Shown here: piece by piece, positions 49,016-63,159 of the stretch | How the letters are laid out: every line of letters begins with the position of its first letter | Position numbering within the stretch: position 1 is the first letter of the stretch | From: Lama glama | Lineage: Eukaryota | Direction: 5' to 3' | DNA: 64,000 bases | Assembly: GCA_028534125.1 (NCBI GenBank) | Contig: CM052832.1 | Location: 17,982,001-18,046,000, forward strand | Made by a program: the position numbers and the translations under genes | Notes under the pieces: generated by a model | What the model was told of the DNA's origin: nothing | What the model saw: only the letters and a program-made list of their open reading frames with translations | Databases searched by the model: none

Positions 49016-51470
49016 ACTTTATTGTTGTAAGTTATTAAATAACTGAGCATTTTGCTTTTTAAGCAGTTTCACTTTTAAATTTCTTATCGGAGGAGTTTTG
49101 TGGCATAAGTGGAAATAATGGGGAAACTGAGACTCATGCTGAATGGCTGACTTGTGTTCAGGGAGTAAATGGCATTGTTGGGGCCAGAAACCTTATCTAA
49201 TGGATAATTCTTTTGACTGCAACCAAATGATATCCTTGGTAACATTCTTCTAGCTTATATCTATGAGGCTTTGTCAAACCTCCTGCAGAATGATTCTGTA
49301 CACACCTTAGAGTCAGGTAAGGGATTGGGAATTCAGACAGTCCTCAATTTATAAACAGAAACTCTTTGACCTTTGCATTAAGGAATTGCTGGTCCCTCTT
49401 CTTCCTTGCCCATATCTAGTCACTAGTTTCATAGGACCTTTCCTTTACCAGCTCTTCATCTGACTACTGTCTCTGTTCCCCAATACCACTATTTTAATAT
49501 TTCAACTTTCCATCTAGTTTCTACTGCTGCCTCTCTCATTCTGAAACTGCATTGTCCTCTATCAAATTAATCTTCCCTCCTGTAACCAAATTTTATTACC
49601 ATGATCAAAACCCTCCAGTAATTCCCTCACTGCCTAAATGATTAAATCCAAACACAAGCTAGTACTCAAGGCAGTCTCATCCAGTTATCCAATTCCAAAT
49701 AAACTTTCTCATTTTTATTTCATTGAACTCCCTACCACAGACAATCCAGTTTGTCTATTGGAACAAACTGGGCATTTTCCCACCTCTATGCTTTTACTTA
49801 CACAGTTCTTTCTTTTTCAGATCTTGCCAGGGTCCAGCTTATGAGGTCCAGTATTGGGGTCAAATCCTGAACCTTGAGTAAGTTATTTAACATCTGTAAA
49901 TTTCAGTTTCTTCATCCCATAATGTGGTAAATTAAGTGACTCAAATGTGTGAAAAGAGCTTTCCTTCTGGCACCCAGTAAATACTTGATTATCTAATATA
50001 CTCTATCCTCTGTTCCTTCTAACCCAACTCTGCCCTGAAAAGAATCCTTACATTTGCCTTTCTGAGCCTTCTACTATATACTTATTCACTGGAAGCATAC
50101 TATATGTTAGGTATTGAGGAGAATACATACTTTTTATTTTTTGATATCAACGCATTGTATAATTACATGAAGGCCAATGGAGAAATTCATCTTAAATCTA
50201 ACTATTAGGAAAACATTGCTTTCCTTGAAGAATGGACATTTTGCCCTCTTCCAAATACAATGTAAGCAAATGACCATCTCACTTTGATTGCCAGAATGCT
50301 CACTTTGCATCCCTACCTGAATAACCATATGGTATACCATAATTTGTCACGATCTTGATCTTCTATGCACTTTCTTCTTTCTCTAATGCTGATTTGTAAA
50401 TATTTTCAGTTTTCTATTTTATCATATCTTGTAAGCTGCCTTGAGTCATTTTTGACATATAATAGATTTATAATAAAATAGATGACCATTATCTATGATG
50501 GCAGCTAGAAGAAATAGCTTCTAACTTATTTGATTATGATCCTAGTTTTCCATTTCTGTGGAGTTACAGACCCTTCAGGGATGAAATGAAAGACTACGGG
50601 TAGATATGACAGAATAGAATCATAACAATTAGCATTTATTGAGCATTTACCATATGTCAGGCACTGTTTTCATCACTTTACATGAATAAACCTACCTACT
50701 CCTTACAATAGTCTCATGAAGTGGCAAGCCAAGAGGCCAACATCCCAGGAACTCTAAAGGAGAGTCAGTTCTAAGAATTAATGTACATAATTCAAGGCAG
50801 GACAAAAAGCACCAAAATATTTATGAGGTTATCTCACCATTCAAAAGAATAAAGTGACTGTACTATTAAACCTTCCTGACTTAGATTAAAACTAGAGTTC
50901 AGGCCTGCATTGTACTAGGTATTAGATGGGGCTTCTAAGAGATTTAAGACAATTTCTAACTTCAAAAAAGTTCATGGGAAAAAGCACCTGACAGAACTAG
51001 AGAGCAGAGTAAGGAAGTATGTAACACAGGCGGATGATGTAGATAATCACTGTAAAGGACGTCTAAGCAGGTGGGGAACTGAAAGTACCGCAGAGGAGGC
51101 AAGACCTGAGCAGGGCCTTTTATAAAGGGTGGATAGATTTTGGAGACACAGAGAAGAAAGTAGGGCATGTAAAAGAGGATAACAATGGAATAGTCTGAAA
51201 GGAAGCCCAGTGTGAAGAGAAAGGGTATAGTGGAGACAAAAGCAGGCCTGCCCAATTGTACTGGGGAGTAATGGAAAATAAGTAATGGAAAATAGACCCA
51301 ACTGTGGAAGGTCTTCAAGTTAAAGCCATTTGAACTTTTTCCTGGGGACAATGGGAAACTGGATTCTTTCTGAACAAAGTGGTAGTTCAGTCAGGCAGCT
51401 AGATAAAGACAGGGAGACAGGCGCAGCAACAGTGTGTTTACTCTGGTAATCCCGGCCCAAACCACCCAGG

Positions 51471-51546
51471 ACTTAGTAGTGGCAGTAGGACTAGAGAGAA
51501 AGAAATCAACTTAGTAGTGGCAGTAGGACTAGAGAGAAAGAAATCA
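51471..51546. repeat. Perfect 38-bp tandem duplication
   Basis: ACTTAGTAGTGGCAGTAGGACTAGAGAGAAAGAAATCA x2. Confidence 0.95.
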
Positions 51547-52346
51547 ACTATTCAGTCATTTCAAATAGACCCTAGCAGACTGATTACCCAGGATAAAGAG
51601 GAATCAGGAAACAATAATTACAGGGCATTTAGTTGACTCTTCAGCACTTCGTGATGTTTTATAGGGATCAGAAACAAGATTTCTGTCTTTAGTAAGCTTA
51701 CACTCTAACTGAATAACCTTAAGTATTATAAGTCAATGAAATAAAATTATTCTGGTCCAATTCTTGCCCAAAGTCAGAGCTGATCATTGTTAATCAGAGA
51801 AATGCTGGGAGGTAGGAAAAGTACAGATCAGCACAGAATTGTGGATCCCAGAAGCTCAAATTTTAAGGCATAAGAGTGGCCGTAAGTGCCAATTCTGCAA
51901 ATGTCAAGTAGAAAAAGGACTGAGAAATAGGCACCGAGTTTGTCCTTGTTTGTAAGATCAGCCTTACAAGATTGGTGAGAGTCAGAACCAGAGGGTGTAA
52001 ATTTCATGAAGTCTGTAAACAAAAGAAAATATTTAAAAATAGGGCAGTATTTTTTTTAAGATAAGGGAGGAACTAAATGTCTGTAAGATTTTTTTAGGAC
52101 ATTCTTGGTAAGGATGAGATAACACTAGGATTAGTTAGGAACATTAGTAGAACTATGAGTTATACTTTGAGAAAAATACACTATAGCAAAAAGGGTGAGG
52201 GAGGAAGAAAGAAAAATCTGTCTTTGTAAGTCCAGAGACTGAATTTGCCTTAATACTATTATGCCCAAGCTGGTCGGAGTTTTTTGTTTTCAGAATAGAA
52301 GCCAGCTCCTTCTCTTCTGCTCCTGGAACCAGCAAGCATGAAAACC

Positions 52347-52393
52347 ATGCATGCGCGCGTGTGCACGCACACACACACACACACACCCACACA
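52347..52393. repeat. Compound (GC)/(GT)/(CA)n microsatellite
   Basis: atgcatgcgcgcgtgtgcacgcacacacacacacacacacccacac. Confidence 0.9.
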
Positions 52394-52760
52394 GAGGATT
52401 TTTCCTCTTTTAAGTGAAGGGGCTGATGGGATTGGGAAAGAGATGGTTCGCTGGTTGTTCAGGGACCAAGCTTCATGGAACAGATAAGGTGAGGAACTGC
52501 AAGTGTTAGGTAGCTGTATATTATAAGATTAGAGTCCTACAGAATATTAGGTTGAATATGTTCGGTTTGTAAAGTCACCCCCTTTTTGGATTGATCACTC
52601 ATTTGAACGTTTAGTTTACAAAATGAAAGGCAGGCTAACTTGAAACTGGCTTATAGCTAGCTAGTAGGGAAGGAAAATTCAGACAAGTATGTATGTTTCT
52701 TTTCAGTTGTGGGAGGTTATGCTATGTGCTCTTGTGCTAACATTAATGAAAGTTCAGATA

Positions 52761-53882
<1,122 letters not shown>

Positions 53883-54673
53883 TTAGTTCAGTTCAAATCT
53901 CCCTATCTGAAAGACATTTAAAGTGCAAATGTCATCTGTGTCTAGTATGGAGAGCATGGAAAATACACCAGCAGAAAAAAAAATACATCTAATTTGCAAT
54001 TTATGCACACTAGCAACTTTATATGGGGAGAAGATAAAACATAACAATGAAAGAGAGGTGAATAAGGCCAGAATAGACAACAGACAAAGTTTTCACAGTG
54101 GACACAGTGAGCACAGAGACATCAAGAAATATGGGTAGGGGACTGGGTAATATGCTGAGCCAAAAAAATGGAAATGAGCAGACACACCAACTGATGAGCA
54201 AAGAATGGAGGATTAGAAAGTAAAACGAGCCATTAGCTATTGAAGCCAATTAGTTATGGTAAATGAGAAAAAGGAAAGGGATGAGAAGAGTAAAGACTCT
54301 CAAATGTAGAAAAGAACCCCCCCAAAATGTAAAAAGTGAGGAAGACTATCAGTCTTGGATGCAACCATTCTCTTAGCAATGAGGGAGAACAGAATTTCAG
54401 AAATGCTAAGTATTACACTGCTATTTGATCCCCCAACTCTTCTTCCAACTAGTTGAAGTATTCTTCATAACAAGTCTATGACCACAAACTTCAGAGGTTT
54501 AACATAGCTTACCTTAACAGACCTTAAGTTAGAGTTCAATGAGGCCAACTTGCTCATTTGATAGAGAGAAAGCAGACTGAGTAACTTGAGTCACTCAGAG
54601 AGTTGCAAGGGCTTAGACTTGTACTCATGTCTCCCAAATTTCAAATTGGTGGTCTTTTCATGATACCACTCAC

Positions 54674-54782
54674 CTAGACAGATATTTTTGGTCACTTCCC
54701 TCTTCAGCTTCCTGAAGATCCAGTATCTATAGTTGTTCTTCCTCCAACAGGGTAATCATGTCCAATTCACATGCTGGGGTTC
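54674..54782 (-). other. ZNF391: Probable ZNF391 5' UTR exon derived from a decayed KRAB-B exon
   Basis: aatcagcag|GA...CTAG|gtgagt, 109 nt; phase-1 translation TPACELDMITLLEEEQL*ILDLQEAEE resembles KRAB-B KPDVISQLEQGEEPWVLDLQGAEE. Confidence 0.75.
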
Positions 54783-56254
54783 CTGCTGATTGGAAATGAT
54801 TAACACAAGGCTATTGTTCCTGGAGACACAGGGATATTGAGAGCTCAACATTAATGCTTGGATCTATAGAAAAGATTGTATGAACTTTTACAGAGGCTGT
54901 GGCAGGAGGGGCTGGAGAAAGTGGGTATCTGAAAGGGGCTAAAATTGATTCCATTAGAAAGGTTATATGCATACCCATCAGAATCACTTATGAAACTTGT
55001 TACTTCAGATACTGGGCATTACCTCAGACCTAGTAAGTTTGATGAGGCCCAGGCATTTGTGTTTAATAAGTTCATATGTCTTGACAAGTTGAGTTGTCCA
55101 AAATGAACCTTAGAAACACTCTCTCGGTTGCCTGAAAAATGTACTAGCTGGGACCAGCCTTCCTACCCAACATTCTTCTCATAGTCAGAGGATCTAAAAT
55201 ATAAACCTAGTTTCCCTTCGGACAGGTGGCTTCTTCCTTCTGCCAGAAGAGCCAACACTTCCCAAAGATCTCAAGTTTCCCAGGTATTAAACAGCTAGCT
55301 TTCCCAGATGACTCTTCTAAAAAGCTGGCACTCCGTATTCAGACTGCCTGGTACCATCTGCCTACCCACAAAGTTGTTCTTACACTTGCCTTATAAGAAG
55401 GAAAAGCAGCAAGGCCCTCTCTTAGAATACTGATATACACTGGGTGTCCAGCAGAGCATCCTGTCTCTAGAAACCTTTCTGTTGGTAAAATGGGGAGGAT
55501 ATTGGAATCTGTACCTATTCTTCTTGCCCTTCTCTGGACTCTAAGTTTCCCCACTGAAGCTTTTTCTTTAATCCATTCTCTTGTAAATTCATGCAGAACC
55601 CTTGGGCATGGCATTAGGCAACAAACTATGTAATAGTTCCCCTAATGTTTCTGCTCACAGCACAATTTGAGATCCACTAGGTTGAGATTTGATCTGATTT
55701 CCCAAGTCTCTCCTTTCTCAGAGCTTGGGTACTTCCCAGATGTGGAGAAAAACCTTGGAAGCCAAGGTTCACCAAGAAGCCATCCATGGAGCTTCGTGAT
55801 GATGCGTTTTTTTATTTGAAGATCTTCATAAAGTGATTTACTAGAACCATTAAAATGTAGGATATCTAAAAGTAGGTAAGATCTCCTGAACAGAGAAAGA
55901 ACTAGGACAGAGTTCAAAGGACAGAGCCAATTCAAAGTTGAGGGTTTAATCTCATGCTTATTAATATCTTGATGATTGGTAAAATATACCAATTTGATAT
56001 AAGTTATCTATAATTTAATGTATATATAGTGTGCAGTACAAGAGTTGTTTTTTGTTTTAAAGAAGCTCATGACATGTATAACTGTATTATGCATTATGTG
56101 TTTATATATGTGATACCTATGGATAGACACACAGTAACCACACTGGGGAAATTTTCTATATTAAAAATAAGAACCCAACTATGATGGAACCTAACATGGA
56201 TGTGTAGCCTCTGGAAAAGGCCCTTCTTTGGGTCTTTTCTCTTGGGCCTGCCTG

Positions 56255-56430
56255 TTCTAAGCACTTTAGGAATATTGACTCATTTATGTTTCACAACACT
56301 GAGAGAGATACTATTATTATTTCCACAATACAAATGAAGAATTTGAGGTACAGAAAGGATAAGTAATTTGGCCCAAGGCCAAGTGGTAAATCCTGGACTC
56401 AAACTCACTACACTGCATTGTACTTAACTG
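56255..56430 (-). mobile_element. MIR SINE
   Basis: tattattatttccaca..acaaatgaagaa.ttgaggtacagaaagg.taagtaatttggcccaaggcca. Confidence 0.7.
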
Positions 56431-57778
56431 CTTCTCAACAGGCAGGATAAGAACATTTAAGTCACACCTTCCATTCCTATGTGGTTCCCAAAGGGCCAAG
56501 AAACTAAACTTCACTGATTCCAGAACACCAGCATGACCTTGACTTCAGAACCATGGAGGTTTAAAGAATGACTACCTCTGAGAGGTTACTATCCTGAGAG
56601 GCTGCAATAAGTCTCAACCATGCTAAAAACTCTATCTATGTAAACTAAGGATTAATTTTCCTGTCCCCCACTAAAGTGGAACCACAAAGCAAGTGGCATC
56701 CTTGGCATAAACCAATGAAACATCAGATAGAGGTCCCATGGTATAAGCATTTACCAAGTAATCTGGATTTTGGTCACAGCTCCATTGGTAGCTAAATTTC
56801 CTTTGTCAAAAACTAAGGGGATAAGACTAGAATGATCAGACTCTTTTTCAAATCTCCAGAGACGTATAAGAGCCTAAGGTCCACGTGTCAGATGAAACCA
56901 TTGGAGAAACAGGCCAATCACCTAATGATAAAATAGAATGACTTAGTGTTGAGGAAGACATTAAGAGCAGTCAGCAGGTAAACAGGGAATAGTCCCACAC
57001 TGGGCAAAATTTGCCACACTCACTGAAGAAGGGAAATTCTATGAAAAGAGAAATAAACGTGTCTCTGCTTGGCAGGATGGCACAAACTTTCAGAAAGGAA
57101 GGAAGAATCATTAACTTACATGGCATACAGATCTTACAGTGAGTTAGAAAGTTGCCTTTCCCTCTTCTGCCTCCTCCTGGTTTTCTTTTTGGTCAAGGGC
57201 AAATCTGGGAATAACAGGTCTTATCCTAAGGTATCCAGAATCACTGGTCTAGTAATACCCACACTGGGTCAGGTGAATGCAACCCTAAGTATTAAAACAA
57301 ATGCCCCAAAGTAATCCCATCTCCTCCCAGACAGTAGAAAATGACAGTAGATATTTCTATCTGGGTTTAAGTCTCTAGTTCTTTATTGAGAAAAGGGAAA
57401 GGGGATGAATTTGGGCCAAGTCCCAACTCTCCCTAAACTCTCTAGGTGCTCTGAGCCACATAATCTAACCTGTTTATCGATTTCCTCACATGGGATATGA
57501 ATTCAAAGTGGGTAAGCAGTAGTCCCTTACTTCTTCCTGAGTCAAGATAGAAGGCAATGATATTGCTGCACCACAGGGCGGAACATCCCTGGGCAAATGA
57601 CTCACCTTTTGGAAAATCTGGTCCTACACTGTAAAATGGCATTACTAGTACTTGCATGTCTTTTCTCACAGAGCTTCTGTGAATGCTACAAGTTTAAAAT
57701 GGCAAAGCTTATTATAAAGAATATCATACACAACAGAAGAAGATTATATTATTGCTGTGCTTACCTCAGATTAATAAA

Positions 57779-57887
57779 TTGGGAGGGTAATTAGGCTTAA
57801 TTATTTATTTTTAATGGAGGTACTGGGGATTGAACCCAAGACCTCATGCATGCTAAGCTTGCACTCTACCACTGAGCTATTCTTCTC
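57779..57887 (-). mobile_element. Vic-1-type SINE
   Basis: ggtaattagg..tttttaatggaggtactggggattgaacccaagacctcatgcatgctaagc..gcactctaccactgagcta. Confidence 0.88.
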
Positions 57888-58599
57888 TTCATATAACTAA
57901 CTTTCCGGCCCTCACAACCCTGACAACTTCCTGTTACCCTAACCATCTGAAATTCTGTTGAGCATGCCACTTCCTCTTATAATCAATTGCTGACCCAGGA
58001 ATAATTTTCCCTTGTATCTACTCTTTTCAATATTAAGAAATTAAGAAATTACTTCATCCAGAAGGAAGCAGGATCTGAAGGTTCTGGAATAGCTTTTCTT
58101 CAGGTACTTCACTTCCTGGAATCGGCTGACTGCTTCCTAGAGCCTTTGCCAATACACAAGAGTCAGCAGGAGGGCCTAGGCAGTCTCCATTCAATCCTAC
58201 AACAGAGATAGTCTCCAGGTCCTCAGACAACAGTGTTCATGAAAATTGGCTCAAAATCACAATAAATTCACAGATACTGATATTGAGAATTTGTTCATTA
58301 ACCCCAACAACAAATACTTAACACCTACTATATTCAAGAACCAACCCTCATCATCAGAACTGTAAAATAAATGCTACTACTCCCAAGCTCTGTAACTTCA
58401 ACTAAGGTACTTTATCTTTGTGTGCCTCAATTTTCTTATCTGTAACATGAGGATAGTAATAGTACATCTTATGGGGTTAATGGGAGTATTAAATGAGTTA
58501 ATGCCAGTAAAAACTCTTAGAACAGTGCTTGGGACACAGCAAGCATCTGGGAAACATCCTGGGTAAAGAGGCCCTTCCTTGCCCAGCTAGAGCCGAGCA

Positions 58600-59270
58600 G
58601 AACGCAACTCTGATCTTTTCCAGCTCCCAGGGGCGCACCCAAAGACCACCACCCGCTGTCGGTGCAGCCGAGAGACTAGGCTGTGCCCACCCGCAAGGCG
58701 AGCGCTGGGCGCCACGCAGAGACACCGCGCCGCGTCCCAGCCACCGGGACATCGCACGGCTGGATCTGCGGCCAGACAACCCGCGGCCCTCCAGCTGGTC
58801 TCCCGCAAGGGAACCAAGTGTTTCCGCAAGACAACTTCCCAGAGCTTCCAGGCCCACCCGTCCAGGCCCCAGATCCCGGGGCCCTGCGTGCCCCTCTCAC
58901 CGGCCGCCTGGGGCCGAGCGCGGGACACACCCTGGGCCGGACCCGTGCTCAGACGGAACCTGAGTGCGTGGGACTTGAGGCAGCCGGAAGGATTAATGGC
59001 AAACCCTTGCGTTGCCCCATTGCTCCAGCGCTCACCAAGTTTCTCGGAGTCGCTGACACTCTTCCACTCAGACCGCTGGTTGTGTCCTACTCGGTATGCG
59101 GGGCTAGTCACTGCCTGATCAGCCGCCCGTACCTAATTCTCCTGGAGCAGATGACCCGTTAGAAAACCGAGCAGATCAGAAGAGTGGGCAACATACCAGA
59201 AGGGGCGGCTCTGCGCCTGCGCCCGAGAGTCTGGGACCGGCAGGCTGGGCTCCGACTCTCTTGTAGGTTT
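58600..59270 (-). promoter_or_regulatory. ZNF391: CpG-island promoter and first exon(s) of ZNF391
   Basis: CpG-dense, upstream of ZNF391. NRF1-like TGCGCCTGCGC at ~59212-59222, GC box ~59202, minus-strand donors CG|GTGAG (58901), TG|GTGAG (59036), AG|GTACG (59133). Confidence 0.75.
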
Positions 59271-59394
59271 TTGCAAAGCGTAATATTGAGAGATTCAGAA
59301 GTTGATGCTAGAGGCCTGAGAAAACGGATTTTCGAAAAGTCCTGAAGACCTTAATACATTCTACAAAGTATAGTCCACACTAATGATTTATAGT

Positions 59395-59547
59395 TCTATA
59401 CAGCATACCTGGAGAGCTGGTTAAAGTACAGATTCCCAAGCTTCGCACTCATTGGTTTGAGGAAGGTCCCAGGAACGCTGCATTTTCAGGAGGCATCCCA
59501 GATAATTCTAATGCAGTAGTCCTCAGACCATCTCTGGAGAAACAGGC
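59395..59547 (+). mobile_element. MER5A-type hAT MITE
   Basis: acctggagagctggttaaa.tacagattccca..cccaggaa..ctgcatttt..cccagataattctaatgcag..gaccat..tggagaaac. Confidence 0.65.
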
Positions 59548-59659
59548 TTTTTTGCACAATTTAGATGCCTAAATGCCATTAAATGCAGGACATTTCTCAA
59601 ATTCCACCAAGAAACGTGAAGGTAAATAAAATCAGGATCCTACTCTGATCATGAAGATA

Positions 59660-62030
59660 TTTTAACCTATGTTTTATCCCAAGAGTTTTATAGTTTTATT
59701 ATTAAATTTAGATATTTGGTATATTTTGAATCAATTTTTGTATATGGTGTAAATTAAGGGTACAACTTCATTATTTTACATATGGATATCCAATTTTCCC
59801 GGCACTGTTTGTTGAAAAAGACTGTCCTTTCCCAATTGTATGGTCTTAGCACTAGCTGAAAATCAGTTGATATATACGTGAAGGTTCCCCAAGCTCTCTT
59901 TTCTATTCCGTTGGTCTATATCCCTATTCCAGCACCAAACTCTTTAGATTACCACTGTGCAGCTTTGTGGTAAGATTTGAAAGGAAATATGAACCTTCCA
60001 CCTTGCTCCTTTTCAAGATTGTTTTGGTTTTGAGGGTCCCTTGAGAGTCCGTATGAATTTTAGGATGCGTTTTTCTATTTTTGTAAAAGACATTGTTGGG
60101 ATTGTGACAGGGAATACATTGAATCTGTTTGAGTAGCACTGCCGTCTTAACAATATTAAGTTTTTCAATACATGAACAGAGTGTGTCTTTCCATTTACTT
60201 AGGTGTTCCTTAATTTAATTTCTTTCAGCAATGTTTTTAGTTTTTGGTGTACAGATTGTATGCTTCCTTGGTTAAATTTATTCCTAGGTATTTTATTCTT
60301 TTTGATGCTATTACAAATAGAATTCTTTAATTTCCATTTCATATTGTTCATGGCAAGTGTATAGAAATACAACTAATTTTGCATTAACTTTATATTCTGT
60401 AAATTTGCTGAATTCATTTATAATCTGTAACTATTTTTGTAGATTCTTTAGATTTTTCTACATATAAGGTCATATCTGTGAACATAGATGTTACTTTTCT
60501 AATTTGGACATCTTTTATTTCTTTTTCTTGATTAATTGCTCTGACTAGAACTACCCTGTTGATTAGAAGTCACAAAAGTGGGCATCTTTTGTTTCTGGTC
60601 TTAGGGGGAAATTTTTCAATGTTTTAACCACTGAGTATGATGTTAGCTGTGGGTTTTTCATGTGTGGTTTTTATCATGTTGAGGAAGTTGCCTTCTATTG
60701 CTAGTATTTTTATTGTGAAAAGGTATTGAATTTTGTCAAATGCTGTATCTGTATCAATCGAGATGATCAAGTGCTTAATTCCTTCTCCTAATGTGGAAAT
60801 TATGTATAGATTTGCAAAGTTTCATTATTTCCTCAAATATTCTACTTTTTTTTCCTCTTCTCTCCTGGGATTTCAGTATGTATATTGGTACATTTGATGG
60901 TGTACCACAGGCCCCCAGGCTCTGTTTACTTTTCATCATTCTCTTTTCTTTTTGCTACTAAACTGGTTAATTTCAATTGTCTTATCTTCAGATTTGCTGT
61001 TGCTTTTTTTTCTGACAGCTTAAATGTGCTGTCGTACTCCTTGTAGTAAGTTTTTTTTTTAATTTCAGTTATTGCATTTTAAGCTTCAGAATTTGTCCAG
61101 TTTCCTTTTTATAATTTCTCTTTCTTAATATTTTTATTTTCTTCAGACATTGTTTTCCTGATTTCCTTTGTTCTTTATTCATGGTTTCCTTTACTTCATT
61201 GACAATAATTAAGACAGTTGATTTACTGCCTTTTACTAATAATTCCAATTTCTGGGCTCCTCAGGGATGGTTTCCCTCAAATCTTTATTTCCTACAAATG
61301 GGTCATACTTTCCTGTTTCTTTGTATGTTTTGTAATTTTTTTTTTGAGAATTGGTCATTCTGAGTATTATGTTGTGGTAACTTCAGAAATCCAATTCTCT
61401 TACTCCTCAGGGATTGTTGATTTATACTCGCTGAGGGCAGAAGCCATTTGTTTGTAGCTCTTCCAGGCTCTTTTTGCAAAGTGTGTATATTCTGTTGTGT
61501 GTGATCACTGAAGTTTCTCTTCCATTGTCTATGTAGTCAGCCACTGATCTGACAAAGTTTTCCTTAAATGTCTGGAATGGATGAAGGAGAAGTACTATTT
61601 TTTCAAATCCCTTAGGGAAGCCATTTCAGCCCTTTGGAGGTAAAAATACTGTTGGCCTCTGTGCTGGTTCCTCAGCAATCAAAAGCAGTGATCAGAAATC
61701 AAAACATACAACTCCAATTTTTAGAATGCAAGGTCTTGATTGCTCACCCTTGCACCAGCAAGCCACGCCAGGAACAAGGCCCACAGTCCCCACTGACTGC
61801 CTGCCATAATGCTAGAACATGGGGGATGGTAGCCACCACATGAAACTACATGAAGTGATATTCACCAAAATTTACCAATCTCTTTATCAATCTTTCCTCT
61901 GGACAATTCCAGTGTTTCAACAGACTCCAAAATTCCAAAAGAGTTGCTTCACACAATCTTGCAAACTCAATAATTGTTTCCATAGAGGGACCAATTCCTG
62001 GACATTCCTACTCATCCCTGTTCCATGACA
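59660..62030 (-). mobile_element. Degraded L1 (ORF2 and 5' parts)
   Basis: tttgttgaaaaagactgtcctttccc, ggttaaatttattcctaggtattttattc, gagtatgatgttagctgtgggttttt; minus ORF 59924-60139 is ORF2-like. Confidence 0.8.
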
Positions 62031-62254
62031 TAACTGCCATTTCCTTTTATAAATGATGGAATCAAGAGTGAAGTGACACAGACAGACACAAGACTAGAAT
62101 TAAATTTTATGTTCTTTAAGGAGGAAGAGGTCTCCTGAATATAAGGAGTTTAAGCAATAAAAGGAGATAAATTACTTGGAAGAAGAGGGACAAGAAAAAA
62201 ATTTTTAAAATCTTAAAAACAGAAAAAATGATGAGCATACTTTCCACCTTTCTA

Positions 62255-63110
62255 TGTGACTTTGGACTTGTGTGTTTATGATTTTTGAACTGCAGAGAAA
62301 TTTAAAATCCATTTGCAAATAACTACTGTGAATTTTGAAATAGGACTTTTATGAATCTCTTCCAGACTTACCTTTAAGATTTTTCCTATTTGTATACCTG
62401 TTGCTTCATGTGAAAGAAACTTTCTGAAATTGAATTTAATAAAATCAAGTGCTCTTCAGTCAACTACAAGGGATGATAGATTGACAAATCTGGCTATACT
62501 GTCTAGTGAAGGTGAATATGCAAACAAGATAAATTTTTGTCAGTTATTGAGAAATTTGCAGAAGACAAAAACAGAAACTATGAAGTTATTATTCATGACT
62601 GCAACACACTAATATGTAGGTAAGCTTTTTCATCTTTTTCCAAAAATACGTTCACGTAATTAAAAATATCTGTCTACTATTTAAAAACTTTTTATAGACT
62701 GGAATTTCAAAATTGTAGAATAGATAAACAAGATTACACTGTATAGCACAGGGAAATACATACAAGATCTTATGGTAACTCAGAGAAAAAAATGTGACAA
62801 TGAATATATATATGTTCATGTATAACTGAAAAAATTGTGCTCTACACTGGAATTTGACACAACATTGTAAAATGATTATAAATGAATAAAAAATGTTTTA
62901 AAAAAACCCAACTTTTTGACCTGTATTAAAAACTTTTTAAAAAACTGGCATAATTATATACGGAGTACAATAAAGACTATTTCACTAGCCATTGTATTAT
63001 TCACTCCATTTCAGGATTATTACTGAAAATATTTTTTTTTTCTTGTACAGAGGAGAGAAGTGCTAAAACATTATCCCCTCTGGATGTTAAACATGCATTG
63101 GTGAGGGTAC
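62255..63110 (+). mobile_element. hAT-Tip100 (Zaphod-like) DNA transposon fossil, 3' part
   Basis: From 62400: VASCERNFLKLNLIKSSALQSTTRDDRLTNLAILSSEGEYANKINF, the hATC dimerisation motif (ASxERSFSxLKLIK..LRSTM...RL..LAILSIE). Confidence 0.8.
62697..62907 (+). mobile_element. Young L1 3' end, same family as 9342-9774
   Basis: Near-identical to 9570-9774 (agataaacaagatta.actgtatagcacagggaaata..tacaagatcttatggta; tacactggaatttgacacaacattgtaaaatga). Confidence 0.9.
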
Positions 63111-63159
63111 CCAAGTTATCTTACTAAACAACATAAGTGGAACCTGAGATTATTCGGTC

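Noticed and set aside
57100..58200. Additional ZNF391 5' exons or a SCAN relic suggested by strong minus-strand donors (57119, ~57606, ~57764) and an acceptor (~58198)
   Set aside because: No convincing SCAN similarity by eye; splice motifs alone are insufficient.
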